A stretch of DNA of 57,491 bases, the filler included, from Catajapyx aquilonaris (Eukaryota), in NCBI GenBank assembly GCA_000934665.2. It is 3 parts of 3 records of this genome, joined end to end, with 100 filler letters (N's around TTAATTAATTAA, not from the genome) between each part and the next. Parts side by side here need not be neighbours in the genome. Positions count along the whole stretch, not along the records: positions 1 to 18,417 come from JYFJ02006726.1; 2 more parts are not named here. One strand, 5' to 3'. Every line of letters starts with the position of its first letter. Position 1 is the stretch's first letter. Shown here piece by piece: positions 1-12,621 of the stretch. The notes under the pieces are model-generated. The model saw only the letters and a list, made by a program, of their open reading frames with translations. It was not told the origin of the DNA and did no database searches. Position numbers and translations under genes: made by a program.

Positions 1-3000
1 GGGGTCAAGGCCTGTCAGTGCAAAACGTTCCTTCTTCAGGTTGAGAGTGATAATTTTTTGGTGGTGGAGGGAAGGAAGTGTGGTGGTACAGTGCGGAGGA
101 TGGACTCATGCAGATCACGGTAGCAAATAAGGTCACAGTTCGGTCTATGTGGTAGCCGCAGAAATTTTGGGAGTCTGGAACATTCCGTTTTGGAATTGTG
201 GGTGAATGTGTGCATATGAACAAGACTTACATATGGGACGTTCACCTTCTAAATGAGAGTTCACTGAGTCCTCTCATCACACAAGGTTTAAACGGAATGT
301 TTCAGTCGCCATTTGGAATTCAGGCGGTCTACCGACATGACAGCTTTTGGAGTTGGTACAGGTGTGACAGGCCATAGTGCTCATTCTACACGCACATTTT
401 TCAATACTGGGAGGTTTCCTATGCAGTGAAACCTGTTCGCAAAAGACCCTGGGTGTAGCGGAAGCTTGTCCGATGCTGTCAGTGTGATCTGTCTGTAGCG
501 GAGCTGATACGTTCTGCATAAATATGTGCTGAACGGATTGCTGTTACGCACGACAGATGTGCATTGAGATTCTACATTGCGATTGAACAATGAGCACGTG
601 TACTTTATGTCTGTGGTGTCTTATCTGTATTTGAGTTATTCAGTACATAATATTTCCACGGAATGGAGCGACACTTCTCGAGTGAGGTTTCATTGCATAC
701 GACAAAAGTGTAACAGCCTTTTGAGAGGACCAAAAATTAACTATGGATGGGTTTTTGCTAAAATGTGTTACTAAAACACAGGATGTTACATGTACAAGAA
801 TTTTGAAAGCATATGCTGCAGTCTTTACAACAAATGATTGCCTGGGTAGCAAAACACGGATAGAACCTTGCAGTGACAGATTTTAGATGATGTTTGCAGA
901 TGTGTGTTCAGAATCAGTGGTGCATAGATCCTTGCATAGATCAGTAATTTTAAAACTTAGTGAGTGGACTGAGTGACATGTGCTCGAGATCGCTGCCCTC
1001 CACATAATCATGGATTCCAAGATTATGTTAATAATCGCATGTGCTGTCGAGATTATTAATATTGTAGAAAATAATTCAAGAGATTCCTTTCAGAACATGT
1101 CACGAGTGCTGCATGCCAAGCCGATTATTATCTGACAGCATTAATAAATGCACGTAACAGGTTCTGGGCAAAAACTCATCATTTGCATTTTGTACGTGTA
1201 GAGTAATGAGCTCCATATTGTCTGAATGCAGCAGTGCCACTTACTATTAACATTTTTGGACCCGCTGACATTCAGCGAGATTGTACCAAATTAGTTGGGG
1301 GGGGCGTACCAGCAGCGTGTAACACATTCTGGTGTAAGTGATGAACTTTTGTAGGCTGCCAGTGTGTGGGTGACCTTCCCGTGGGGCAAGGTGAGCACTG
1401 CACGCTCAGGTTTTGCATACAGGCCGGCAAATTGCTGGTTTGCAGCCTGGTCCACCCCCTGGGGCCTTGAGATTCACCCACCAGATAAATGTCGTGTCCA
1501 TTATCCATATTTTCATGTAGAATCGTGCAGTTGTTAGCGACGCTGTTTTTTCAAGTGTCGAAAATGCAAGTGTGCAAGGCGGAGGTGGGACGAGTAATGG
1601 CCAGGCCGGGTTGTTTCCTGTTGGATGTCTTTGCCCCCTAAGGGAATGATGCTTTCAGTGTGAAGGTCAATGTCAAGGTGAACCATGAGAAAGAGAGATA
1701 GGAGGGCAGTATGGACAAGGCTGTTTTGTTACTGGACCTCGACTCAGTACAGGTTGGCCTGAAGCTATGCTGGCGCAGGTAATGGATTGCAAAGAGAAAA
1801 CCTTGCCCATTGTTCTTTACCAGGACGTTGCCGAGTTGCAACTGCTGCATCACTTTGTGATAGAAAATTGTAACCTTAGGAAATGTACTTAGTGTCAATA
1901 GGTGTGGGGGACATTTAATCCATGCTTTTATTGACAATGATACTGGACCTATGTTTATGTGGACTTTGTCCTTGCAGAGTTCAAGGGTAGAAGACCAGCT
2001 GATAGCATATGTGTGCTGTACTTTTTTTATGTTAAGAGGAGCAATTGCATAGCCTGAGGTCACTGTTCATGTTTGCTCGTAAACTTGAGACTTGAGATAT
2101 TGCTCATTACAGCAACTAGGAAGTATAGAGGAACGTGGGATGATAAGGGTAATTGATATTCAACACATGTGCCACATTTCTGGTGGAAAGTGTGGAATTT
2201 GGTTTCACGGAGACATGACTCAGATAATTGCATTTGCGTTGCCCAATGATTGATGATGCATTAACCACAAGGTGGTAAATCTTTTAGCGCCTGCTATTAT
2301 ATGCCTTCCTGTACTGCATAAAATTCCTTTCATACCTTGCCTCCATTCTTCCAGGTAAAATATCAAGTCGTGAGACATAAGAGAAGTCGGGACTAAAAAA
2401 ATTGTAAAGCAATTACAGCGAACTTTGCTTGCCACTGGAATGTGGACCCACCTACTTTCGCTCGCAACAAGGGAGGCTGTGCCTCTTTTTTTTGCCCTCA
2501 TGCCTGTAAGACAAGTACTGGTAATTTTAATCCGGCATTGCAAGGAGTGCAAGTCAACCCCTTTCTTGGAATATACTTGGGGAGGTGGTACCTTGGGAGG
2601 TGGTGCAGGAGGGGGTTGGTTGAGAAAGTAGAGGCCACTCTTTGTGTAGTTGCAGGGGAGGCATCCTTTCAGTTGGGGTCTGCTGACAGTCATGTGGAAG
2701 GAATGTAATGTAAGAAGTGGGGGGTTTGTAACTTGGGCAACTGCTTGCACACGAAATGTCTTGAATTTATCAGTCAAAAATAACTGAATATTCTAGTGAT
2801 GCGCAGCTGGACAAACAGTGTAATCATTCATTTGGTCAAATGCCACATTGTCAAACACACGTGAATGGTGGTGGTTGCATGGGTGCAAATTGAGTGTTAG
2901 TGAGACTTGTGTTATTTTTGTGCAGGGGCTAGCGGAGGCAGGTGCAGGAGGGAGTGACTGGACTGCGGTGGACACGGGTCAGGAGGGGATCGAGCGAGGA

Positions 3001-3003
3001 GCC

Positions 3004-3192
3004 ATGGGGGCCTCTGAGCAGCAGTACAGCCTACGGTGGCATGACTTCCACTCCAACCTGCTGGCAACCTTCCGCCGGCTTAAAGAAGAAGAGGACTTCG
3101 TGGATGTGACGCTAGCCTGCGATGAGAGGGCCTTCAAGGCGCATAAAGTGGTGCTCTCTGCATGCAGCCCATACTTCAGACGACTACTGAAG
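3004..3192 (+). CDS. ab: abrupt (BTB-ZF transcription factor), coding exon 1: BTB N-half. Model join(3004..3192,5544..5735,10684..11191,11364..11423,11614..11965,12078..12621), 614 aa
   Basis: MGASEQQYSLRWHDFHSNLLATFRRLKEEEDFVDVTLACDERAFKAHKVVLSACSPYFRRLLK is a ttk-type BTB matching my recollection of Abrupt (EEDFVDVTLACDER.F.AHKVVLSACSPYFRRLLK). Acceptor tgcag at 2925, donor AAG|gtgagc at 3192. All six exon phases are mutually consistent (1845 nt). Confidence 0.93.
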
Positions 3193-4397
3193 GTGAGCAT
3201 ATGTGTATTTGTTGCTGCCTTTGGCTTGAACTATCTTGGCTATTGACAGTTCAGGGTTGAGTTAAGGTGAAGAGGCATGACCTGATGGAGAGCAAGGAAA
3301 ATTATTGATTATCTTATAATGCAATTATATTTTGTAGCTTAGTAACTTAATTATACAAAAAAAAATTGGTAATAGTTTCACATTGATTTAAGTAAAGCTT
3401 CTGTTAATGCTTCTTGGGAGCATCCTTATGCATTCATGCAGGCTTCATCCATGTTGTTTCCCTTGGCCCAACAATGAACATGTACTGTACATGTTTATGG
3501 TTTTAATTGACTTCATTTAGGTCACACAATGAAAGAATGGCATCATAAAAGGTCAATACATTTGATCAACCTTGTTGGGAACTATTACCATCTATTACAA
3601 CCTTCACTTCATTATCAATTTTAATCTAGCATTACTTTTTAAAAGTTGACTCATTTTTATGCACACCATAGGTTAGCGAATTTTGCATGCAAAATCCTTT
3701 GAATCTTGTTTAACAGTCACGCTCACGGATTGTTACTTATCAACACCCAGTGACAGCTTCTTATTGAGCAGGAGAAGTTTATTGATTGGGAACCTTTTTC
3801 CCTTCATTTTTATTAGTGTCAGGTTAGTAAAACCAAGTACCGTATGGTGTAAAAATTCTGTTTCCTACTTGCAGTAGCAACCTCATTTGCCAATTTTCAT
3901 GTGCAAAGGAGTGTATCTCTGTTTATGTAAAAAATTTTACAACATAATATTTCTTTGACTCTAATTTAATGGTGGTAAATTAGCTTGCATCAGCCGAATC
4001 TCACTGAGTGATATGTTTTCCCAATCAGTTAAATTCTGTTATTATTAGGATTACATGGATAATGTGTGTTATTTTCTTACAAAATATCTTATTGGAACTG
4101 GAGACACCATTGCTTATCATGGGGGAACCTTTGTATGTGACATTTGTAATGGCAGTGATGCTGACTGCTGCATTACAATGTATATTTGGCCAGAGCTGTT
4201 GTTTTCAGTGCAAAGTGGAATTGATAACTCTGGTTGATTCAAGTGACACCCCCAATAATTGCAAGTGTAACCTAGCGTTATAGATTCTTAAGCTTCTATT
4301 CTTTGAGATACTTTGTAAGTGCAGTTTAGGGGCAGTTTAGTTGAAAATGGAAAATTATTTTCGGTGTATGCTATTAATGTATTAAGCCACAGAGATA

Positions 4398-4785
4398 TCT
4401 GCTATCTTCAAAGCCTGTGGGACAAGGAACTTGGCATTTAGCTCATTACCAGTCCAGTAGCACATGTAACAATGTTATTATTGACAGGTGCAATTGGGGA
4501 TGGTAATTCATCAGGTATTATGGTTGAAAGCAGCTGCAGATTTCGCTGTGCACAGTCATGAGAAGAGAGAAGTTTTGAAGACTTCTCCTGCATTCGTGCT
4601 TTTAAGCTGCTTTCTTCTTCTTGTGCATGGCCAAATAAGTCGTTGCCGCCTCCACAAATGATACCTGCTACACTGTCCAACACAAATGCATCTTGCAGCA
4701 ATGACATGTGTTAAGGAATGTGTTTCTGGACCAGTAATTAGCCAGATGCCAAGTTCCTACTCCCAGAGGTTTTGAAGATAGCAGA
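4398..4785. mobile_element. old MITE with ~70-bp imperfect TIRs in abrupt intron
   Basis: tctgctatcttcaaagcctgtgggacaaggaacttggcat... mirrored by ...atgccaagttcctactcccagaggttttgaagatagcaga. Confidence 0.7.
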
Positions 4786-5543
4786 AGTTTTATTATTGCT
4801 TAATAACAATTAGGTAATTGTTGCTTTATCTGCAGTTGTCTGTGCACATAAACAAAGATTTCTGCTACACTACTCTAGATAGATAACTTGGCCGAAAAAG
4901 TGAGGAAGCAGCAACCATCATTACATAGGTCAAATGAGAGGTGGAGCCCAGCACATTTCAAACCAGAGCGGGACAAAATAGTGACAAAAATGGGCATGGA
5001 TGCTCTCTGGTGGCTCTTGAGGCCTGCTGACATGAACTGACTGCTGGGAGAAAGTTTACTACTGAACATATCCTACGAAGAACACAATCAAGTTATCATT
5101 TCATTCCATGCTGCCGGAGCTTCATGCACGGGATGTTCTTATCGTGCTCCCAAATCTTGACCTAAGTAAAGATGGTGGCCAGACTGCAGCGACAACATGG
5201 GAGGGGATAGGGTGTTGTCCATCAGGGAGTAGTGTAGCATAAATAATTAGATATGCTTGTGTTACTTGAGGACTTTAAAATTATCAATGAAGATGCTTGG
5301 AAATTTGCTTGGAGGGTGAGGGATAAGTTTCCAATTGAACACTATGTTATGCTTCTTGTATCTTCACATATGTTATGATATGGATCAAATTATATCAGTT
5401 ATTATTTCAAAACCCATTGGTTACAACGTGAATGTTTCATTAGTACAGGAACTGGCAGTTACCTCTTTTTCTGTCACGTAGGTTGTGTTTTGGCCTTGGT
5501 TTTGGCTAATCTGTTCATTACTAATATTTTATGTGCTTTGCAG

Positions 5544-5735
5544 GCAAATCCATGCCAACACCCAATTGTGATCTTGAAAGATGTGAGCCAGCGGAACCTG
5601 GAGGCTCTCCTTCGGTTCATGTACAATGGTGAGGTCAACATCTGCCAGGAGCAGCTGGAGGACTTCCTCAAGACTGCGCAGACCTTGCAAGTGAAAGGAC
5701 TGGCTGATGTTGCAACTAAGGACTCTCACAGAAAT
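5544..5735 (+). CDS. ab: abrupt coding exon 2: BTB C-half
   Basis: ttgcag|ANPCQHPIVILKDVSQRNLEALLRFMYNGEVNICQEQLEDFLKTAQTLQVKGLADV...SHRN|gtatgt; phase 0/0. Confidence 0.93.
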
Positions 5736-6626
5736 GTATGTAGATTTCAGGTATACCTCCTCACAGCAGGGGTGCACAACTTAATGCAAACATAGTGTAC
5801 ATATATACATATCCATACATGCATTCATTCCCATGTAATAAGGGGTATGTAATAAGGGGTATGTATAAGGGATAGTCAGCTATGAACAAGGATATGCAAG
5901 TTCAGCTATTTTGCAGATTTTAAAAATCATGCATCTTCACTTGCAACCTAGGCTAAACCAAGTACCATAACTACTTCTCAGGCCCAGCGTCACTTAAGGT
6001 AGACAATCCAACCTGGGTGTAACAGTTGTTACTAATTGTTTATTAATTGTTGGCAGTAATGAATAACACTTGTGAAATCCTGATTAGATTATCTACTTTG
6101 ACAGGTGTAACCCAGCTTTAGATAGTAATGAGCTTAGGTTTGTAAAGGGAGCTACATTTATGGGCCCATTAAAACCTAGATCATATGCAATGAAAGTGCA
6201 GGAGTGTCTTGTTTATGTGGAACTCATTATCTGAATATCCATGCAAAGTTATTTACTGCTATTTTCAGAATTATGCTCGGAGTGTTGACAAGCTGATTAT
6301 TTTCTCTGTCACTTTTACATAAAACTTGCTGTGAGTTACACAGACAAGCCCTGCACTGCACTGGTGTGGATATGGCTACCTTTATTATGGCCTGTCAGTT
6401 TCTGCTAGTGATTTATAGTGTGCTGCAGTTGTGAATGTTACAATTACATTTCCTCATCAGTTTCTGACTTTTGGAATAATATACAGATTCTACCTGTTTG
6501 ACACCTTTTCACATTAACCCCTTTGCTACCAGCTCTGACGCCCCAAGCAAAAACCCTGCATGTTTGGTTTTTGTCAGTTTGAGATAATCGCATTTGAAGT
6601 TCGCGAGCCTGCCTTACACACATATA

Positions 6627-7896
6627 CGAAGGCGGTTCAATAAAGACTGGCACTGATTTTCCCCCCATGGCTATTACGTAAACTATTGAACAAATAGGGT
6701 GCATGCACAATGATCCGTCGAGTAAGAGTTGGTACCCACATCGACACTGTCATATTTTGAATTGTCCTCCAGAGAGAGCAGCATTATCGACCCCCCTTTC
6801 GCAAATCGCCTCTGGCAATCAAGGCAGCCATCAGGGACGAGCAGTATGCGGCGCTGAAATTCTGCTTCCGCTTGAAGAAGACTGCTACGGAAGCATGCAT
6901 ACCGAAGCAGTAGTGGTGGAGTGGTATGATGTCCGACTGCTAATCGGGAGGTCCTGGGTTCGAATCCCGGAGGCCGGCGACCCTGACCATGGTTTTCTGT
7001 GGTTTCCCATGGTCCTCGCAGGAAAATTCCGGGTCGTTACCTCTTTGCATTCATCATAGGCCACAGCCGCTTCCTTCCTTCCCTCTCCTTGCCTTATTCC
7101 GATGAAAAAGTAGTAAAAATGGAAAGAGTTCCACACAAAAAAAAATTGGGAGAAATCCCCCCCTAGAAAAGCCTGGTTGGCTGATAATGGGGTATCAAAT
7201 TATTAATTAATTATTATTATATCATCTGTTGCAAGAAGCATATGGAGATTATGCCATTCCCCGTCGATCCAGAAAGCAAACAGCAAAGCACAGTGTGGAA
7301 GTCTATGAACTCTCCAACACGGAAAAAAGCAAAGGTGCAGGCGAGTACAGGGAAAGTGATGGTGATATTGTTTTTTGACATTCATGGAATGGTATACCAA
7401 CACGTTGTTCCACCACATACCACCATTACCGGTGCCTGTTACGTGTCTGTGGTGAGGGCCCTCTTCAAAAAACGCTATCACCATCACTTTCCCTGCACTC
7501 GCCTGCACCTTTGCTTTTTTCGGTGTTGGAGAGTTCGTATAGACTTCCACACTGTGCTTTGCTGTTTGCTTTCTGGATCGACGGGGAAGGGCATCATCTC
7601 CATATGCTTCTTGATACAGATGATGTGCTTCCGTAGCAGTCTTCTTCAAGCGGAAGCAGAATTTCAGCGCCGCATACTGCTCGTCCCTGATGGCTGCCAT
7701 TATTGCCGGAGGCGATTTGCGAGAGGGGGGTCGATAATGCTGCCCTCTTTGGAGGACAATTCAAAATATCACTTGTGTCGATGTGGGTGCCAACTCTGAT
7801 TCGACATATCATAGTGCACGCACCCTATTTGTTCAATAGTTTACGTAATAACCATGGGGAAAAAAATCTGTGCCAGTCTTTATTGAACCTCCCTCG
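6627..7896. mobile_element. mariner-derived palindromic non-autonomous element with transposase fragments
   Basis: TA target duplication; ends cgaaggcggttcaataaagactggcac / gtgccagtctttattgaacctccctcg. Encodes mariner N-terminus (QYAALKFCFRLKKTATEAH..QEAYGDDAL) and core piece (DPESKQQSTVW..SP..KKAK..STGKVMVILFFD.HG). Confidence 0.9.
6901..7219 (+). mobile_element. tRNA-derived SINE (family A) inserted in the left arm of the mariner palindrome
   Basis: A-box-like gtggtggagtggt, B-box GGTTCGAATCCC, body ggttttctgtggtttccc, (ATT)n tail; homologous copy at 27723-28172 (-). Confidence 0.8.
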
Positions 7897-8059
7897 TACA
7901 TACATGGTTTTACTATGTCCTTAACTTTGCAGCGGAGGCTTGTAGAGAAACGAGGTTTCTACCATTACGTGGGCCGCATAAAGGGGAGGGCAGTGGTATG
8001 CTTATCTGAACGTACATGAATTTTGCACGTGCAGGGTTTTTGCTCAGTGCTAGACCGCC

Positions 8060-9082
8060 ATCGCTTAGATTTTCGTTTCTGTTAAACTTACCATGTACTC
8101 TGAAGATATAAATAAGATACATTATTTCACAAATAATAACAGCTAGTCATGTTCTGCGCTATGTATGTGTTTGGAACTATTTTCATCGTCTAGAAGTCCC
8201 TATATTAATTTCCAAAAAGATTGCTGTATTTCATCGCCTAGATTTTGGCTTACACACATACTCTGAAAATAAGGACAAGATATTTCATAAGTAACAACGG
8301 ATACACTTAAACGTTCGTGCTCTACACTATGAATGTGTTGGAAACAATTTTCACTCGTCTAGAAGTCCCTAAATTAATTTTCAAAAGTAACAACTTGAAA
8401 TTCAAGTACTACTGGCCAAGTGTTAGGCCATCACCTAGATTTTCCCTTACACGTACTCTGAAGATAAGGAGAAGATATTTTACAAAATAATAACAACTAT
8501 ACTTAGACGTTCCTGGAAAATACTATGAATGTGTTTGGAACCATTTTCCTCCTCGAGAAGTTCCTAAATTAATTTGCAAAAAGATCGATGTAAAAAAACT
8601 TGAAATTTGAGAACTGCTGGACAGTTGTTAGGCTAATTTAATTATGAAATACGTTCAAATATAATCAATATTAACCTTGAGAACCGTGCCACACAAAGTT
8701 GCTGAAATCGTTGTACTTTGCGAGAATTAAATTAATTTGGGAATTTTCCGAAGTAACAGGAAAGCTGCAGAGAAAAATTAATTTATTTCTTGCAAAGTAA
8801 GGCGATATCACAGCAGATTCGTCTGCCCCTGTTCTCAAGGTTGTTATTCAGTATATTTTAACGTATTTCAAAATTAATCAGCCAAGTAGTTGGCTGGCAG
8901 TACTCGAATTTCGAGTTTTACAGCGATTTTTTTTTGAAATTAATTTAGGGACTTCTATACAAGGAAAATGGTTCCAAACACATTGATAGTATTTTTCATG
9001 AACGTCTACGTATAGGTTTATTTTGTGTATAATATCTTGTCCATATCTTCAGAGTACGGGTAAGTGAAAAACTAGGTGATGA
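8060..9082. repeat. AT-rich foldback-like element: ~170-190-bp tandem units plus an inverted arm centred near 8765
   Basis: ctagaagtccctaaattaattt-type unit recurs near 8189, 8359, 8555 and inverted near 8940-8958; aaatacgtt...aaccttgagaac is mirrored by gttctcaaggtt...aacgtattt. Confidence 0.6.
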
Positions 9083-9389
9083 TGAGTAGATGTGGTAGTG
9101 AAGGGGTAGTGAAGCCTATTTCAAAATTACTAGTGGAAAAAAAATCTGCAAATTTGATAAAATCTGAAAGTAACACCACAACATCAACACATCGCTGAAG
9201 CACTTCTGAGTCCAGACGTACTACATTGTAGTTATTGTTTTTTTTTTCCATGGTGCATTGTGCCAGGGTACATAGATGTATAGTGTACTGTACTCTACTG
9301 TATGTACTCTGTCACTCAAAAAGATGGAGACGATTTTCCACTTGGTTTCACTGCAAAATAGACTCCAATTTTTTTGAGTGATATAGTAC

Positions 9390-9990
9390 AGTACTTGTAT
9401 CCCCAAACAACATTTTTGCAACTGATTGACCAGGATGTAATTGTGACCTTGAAGGCATGTTATTTGGCGTATGACTTTCACCAGCTCGTTATCTGCTGGC
9501 ACCCCAGGTTTTTTTGGAAAATCTGGTATTGAATGATGATGATGATGACTTTCAAAGGGATTCTTGAGGATATGCAGTCTGATATAACTCTGAGGGATTA
9601 CTGGAAGTCATATAGCATCCTGAATGCAACACAAACATAGGTTCTCCCTGGGAGGAAGTGTCACAGTCTACCATGAATGGAGCTTGGAGTAAATTGTGGC
9701 CCGAAGCAGTGATTGATTCCGTAGGATTTGAGTCGGTTTTGGAAGTTGCTGAGGATGTTGGGATGGACAAACATTGACCCAGAAGATCTTGACTAATTGC
9801 TGGAGAGCCATAGTGAGCTACTTTTGAAGGTAGAATTGGAGGAACTGGCGGTGTAACTTAAACAGCATGAGGCTGACACACCAGAGGAAGTGAAAGAGTT
9901 GGTGTGTATTAGGACATTGAAAACAGAACACATTAGGATTGCTTTTGCCAAAATTCATAGTGGATTTGATGAACTCAATTATAAATATCC
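9390..9990 (+). pseudogene. degenerate pogo/Tigger (DDE_1) transposase remnant
   Basis: Translated pieces PQTTFLQLIDQDVIVTLKACY (cf. PNTTSLLQPLDQGVI..FKAYY), SWEEVSQSTMNGAWSKLWPE and IDPEDLD*LLESHSELL; stops and frameshifts; boundaries approximate. Confidence 0.7.
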
Positions 9991-10683
9991 TATTGCATCA
10001 ATAGCTCAGTCATTACCCAAAATGTCTTTGTGAAACCCTTCTGAAGGCCCACAAGTTCCATGGAAGACCAAATGAACACCTGTGCTTTAGGCCATCATGT
10101 AGTGAACTCGGGTGAAATTGCACACCATCACTTCAGACCAAGGGAGTAACCCATCCCCAAAAAGGTATACATTGGTTCCAAGCCAGCTCCACCCGATTCC
10201 ACAGGGACCCTGTTCACCAGTTCCATGTAGTGGTTACCCCCTCGCTCTCAGACCTGTCCATCTTGAGCAGAGGTGGGTCATCAATGTGGGCTTGCTGGGG
10301 ATGGCTAGAGTGGGTGTCCACAATAACTAGATTCCACTTGCCTGCTTCTACACATGCAGAAATAGAATAAGATGTACATCTTGGGCAACATTGCAAGAGA
10401 TCAGGAGAGAGGGGAAGTGGTTCAGCTTGTCAGGTGAACAGCTGAAGTGCATTCCTGTGCCTATTATGATAACTGTGGGAGATATGAATCCCTGAAGGGA
10501 ATGTTATTATTATCGACATATAATATAGCAGCAGTCACATAATTACAGTATGATTAAAAGGCAACTACATTTGTTAGAGAAGTATTGTAGGTTATCATCT
10601 TGAGATTGCTGCAGTAGAATGCTATGTACGTATGAACTGTTTGAAGTAACCTGTGATTGACATTTTCCTATTTTTTTTGACAG

Positions 10684-11191
10684 AACTCAGATGGTTGGGC
10701 ACAAAATACTCCAAACAATGATTGCAGTGCCCCTGCGTCACCTCCTCCCCTGAAGCGGGTGCGTCTCGAGCACTCTGAGAACTACAACAGTGCAGGGGGT
10801 GGGAGTGGCGAAAGAGGTGGTGGTGGGAGTGGAGGAGGAGGTCACTCAGGCAACTCCACTCCACCTCCCAATCCTCATTCATCTGAACGTGAACCATCAC
10901 TACTAGGCCAGGCCTTGGAGGGTGGATCTGCAAGAGGTGGGAATGGGGAAAGAGGAGAGAGAGGGATGACTCTTGGCGATGGGAGCCTGTCTTCACATGC
11001 CCTAGCGGCAGACGACAGCAGCACAGACGAGACTGCCAACTCGGAGAAGCTGGACGTCGCAGATGTCTTGGCCAAGTCAGAACCGCAAGATTATCCTGAC
11101 GACAACATGAACAATCCAAACGCTGACCCTGGACACTACGCAGATGTGCCTCGACACCCGACCTTTCCTACTGCACTGCTTGGATTCCAGG
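10684..11191 (+). CDS. ab: abrupt coding exon 3: Gly/Ser-rich linker
   Basis: Pyrimidine tract then gacag|NSDGWAQNTP...PPPLKRVRLE...AKSEPQDY...TALLGFQ G|gtcagt; same frame as ORF 10759..11241. Confidence 0.88.
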
Positions 11192-11363
11192 GTCAGTTAG
11201 CTCCCCAACTTCCTCTTTGCATTATAGAAAAGTGTGGCTAACAATTTCAAAGCAATTTTAATGATTTGGAAAGATGGGTTGTCTACTTTGAACAAATTTC
11301 ACGGTGCTTTTTGCTTGGATGATATCGTGTCACATGATGACTTATTGCTGTAATTGTGAACAG

Positions 11364-11423
11364 GTATTCCTGGATTCCTTCCTGGACCGTCGGGTTTGCA
11401 GAATAGTCAAGATGCAAATTTTG
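11364..11423 (+). CDS. ab: abrupt coding exon 4: 60-nt symmetric exon
   Basis: aacag|(G)IPGFLPGPSGLQNSQDANF|gtaagt; phase 1/1; consensus donor. Confidence 0.8.
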
Positions 11424-11613
11424 GTAAGTAAAAGTTTAATAACAGCATGAGGTATCATACATGCATCTCTGAAATATACGGCAGATTTTCTATTTCTCCA
11501 TCGTCCCTTTTAGTTATTTGGTAGATAGCTTTTTCTTAACGGTTTTGACTGAAGAATTATGCCAATTGTTTTTCACCTTTGTAAACCTTATCCACTCTCT
11601 CTTTTCTCATTAG

Positions 11614-11965
11614 TGGCCCGTCGGGGTCTAGACCTGATGCGTGTGCGTGCGACGGACCCACGGCCATGTCCCAAATGTGGGAAGATTTATCGGTCTGCAC
11701 ACACTCTGCGAACCCACTTGGAGGATAAGCATACAGTGTGCCCTGGGTACCGCTGTGTGTTATGTGGCACTGTGGCCAAGTCACGCAATTCCCTCCACTC
11801 ACATATGAGCCGCCAGCATCGAGGGATCAGCACCAAAGATCTTCCTGTGCTGCCCATGCCTGCTCCCTTCGACCCTGACCTTGCTGCCAAGCTTCTTGCT
11901 AAGGCAGGGGTTAAGGTATCTCCAGCAGAGCTTGCTGCACGCGCATCTCCAACTGGCATACGCAG
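11614..11965 (+). CDS. ab: abrupt coding exon 5: two C2H2 zinc fingers
   Basis: RATDPRPCPKCGKIYRSAHTLRTHLEDKHTVCPGYRCVLCGTVAKSRNSLHSHMSRQHRGISTKDLPVLPMP is the Abrupt zinc-finger signature; acceptor cattag at 11613, donor AG|gtctgt. Confidence 0.95.
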
Positions 11966-12077
11966 GTCTGTTACGTATGTTTCCGGACATTTTCATCACT
12001 TCTTGCAAATCTGAAATGTTTGCAGTCACACCCGTTGCTTAATTGTAAGTGGGTAATGCTTTGCCTTTTCCATGTAG

Positions 12078-12621
12078 GTCTGACCTCAGGCTGGACCTGA
12101 AACTTCCTTCAGCCACGGTAGGGTCAATAGGCCATCACGGCGCCACCACATCAGGTGGAGTGTCCATAACCCTGGCAGATGCTACCCCATCCCAACACCC
12201 ATTTCGCCTACCCATGACCCATGATGACCCAGAGGACCTCAGTGTCCCCAACTCGCGACCTGTCACATTACCGCCCGACACTCTAACAGTCACGCCTACA
12301 CCACCCCCTCCTCCTCCACCACCCCAACCACCCAACAAACCTGACCAGCAGAAGAATGACCCGCACAACACAACTGGAAGCGCGATATTGGACACCTACC
12401 TACAGTTCATTGCGGAAAACTCGAGCCTTGCGCTTGGGTATGCAGATAAGAGTGCAGGTGTGGTTCAAGGTGGAGGGAATTCAAATGCAGTTGAGGATGG
12501 GGTGGACAAGATGGGACATGATGCAGATGATGTGGTGATGGAGATGGAGTCGTCGGAGGAGGAGACGGGTGAGGACGAGGAGGAGTTGGAGGAGGAGGAG
12601 GAAGACGGGAAGTTGGAGTAG
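12078..12621 (+). CDS. ab: abrupt terminal coding exon
   Basis: tgtag|...DDPEDL...ILDTYLQFIAEN... (Abrupt C-terminal motifs), acidic tail, TAG at 12619-12621. Confidence 0.9.

Noticed and set aside
1..2800. Possible ancient LTR-retrotransposon (gag-pol) relic on the minus strand
   Set aside because: Only vague resemblance (Pro-rich patch, Cys pairs); no RT, RNase H or integrase motif could be read convincingly. Needs blastx.
6901..6975. tRNA genes at SINE heads (also near 28100-28172, 29131-29200, 32265-32336, 39400-39472)
   Set aside because: A/B boxes are present, but they continue into SINE bodies with tails, mostly with TSDs, and I could not fold full cloverleafs.
3004..12621. Alternative identity as broad, fruitless, tramtrack or chinmo
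   Set aside because: The zinc-finger pair and the LDTYLQFI.EN motif are Abrupt-specific; no alternative zinc-finger exons were seen downstream.
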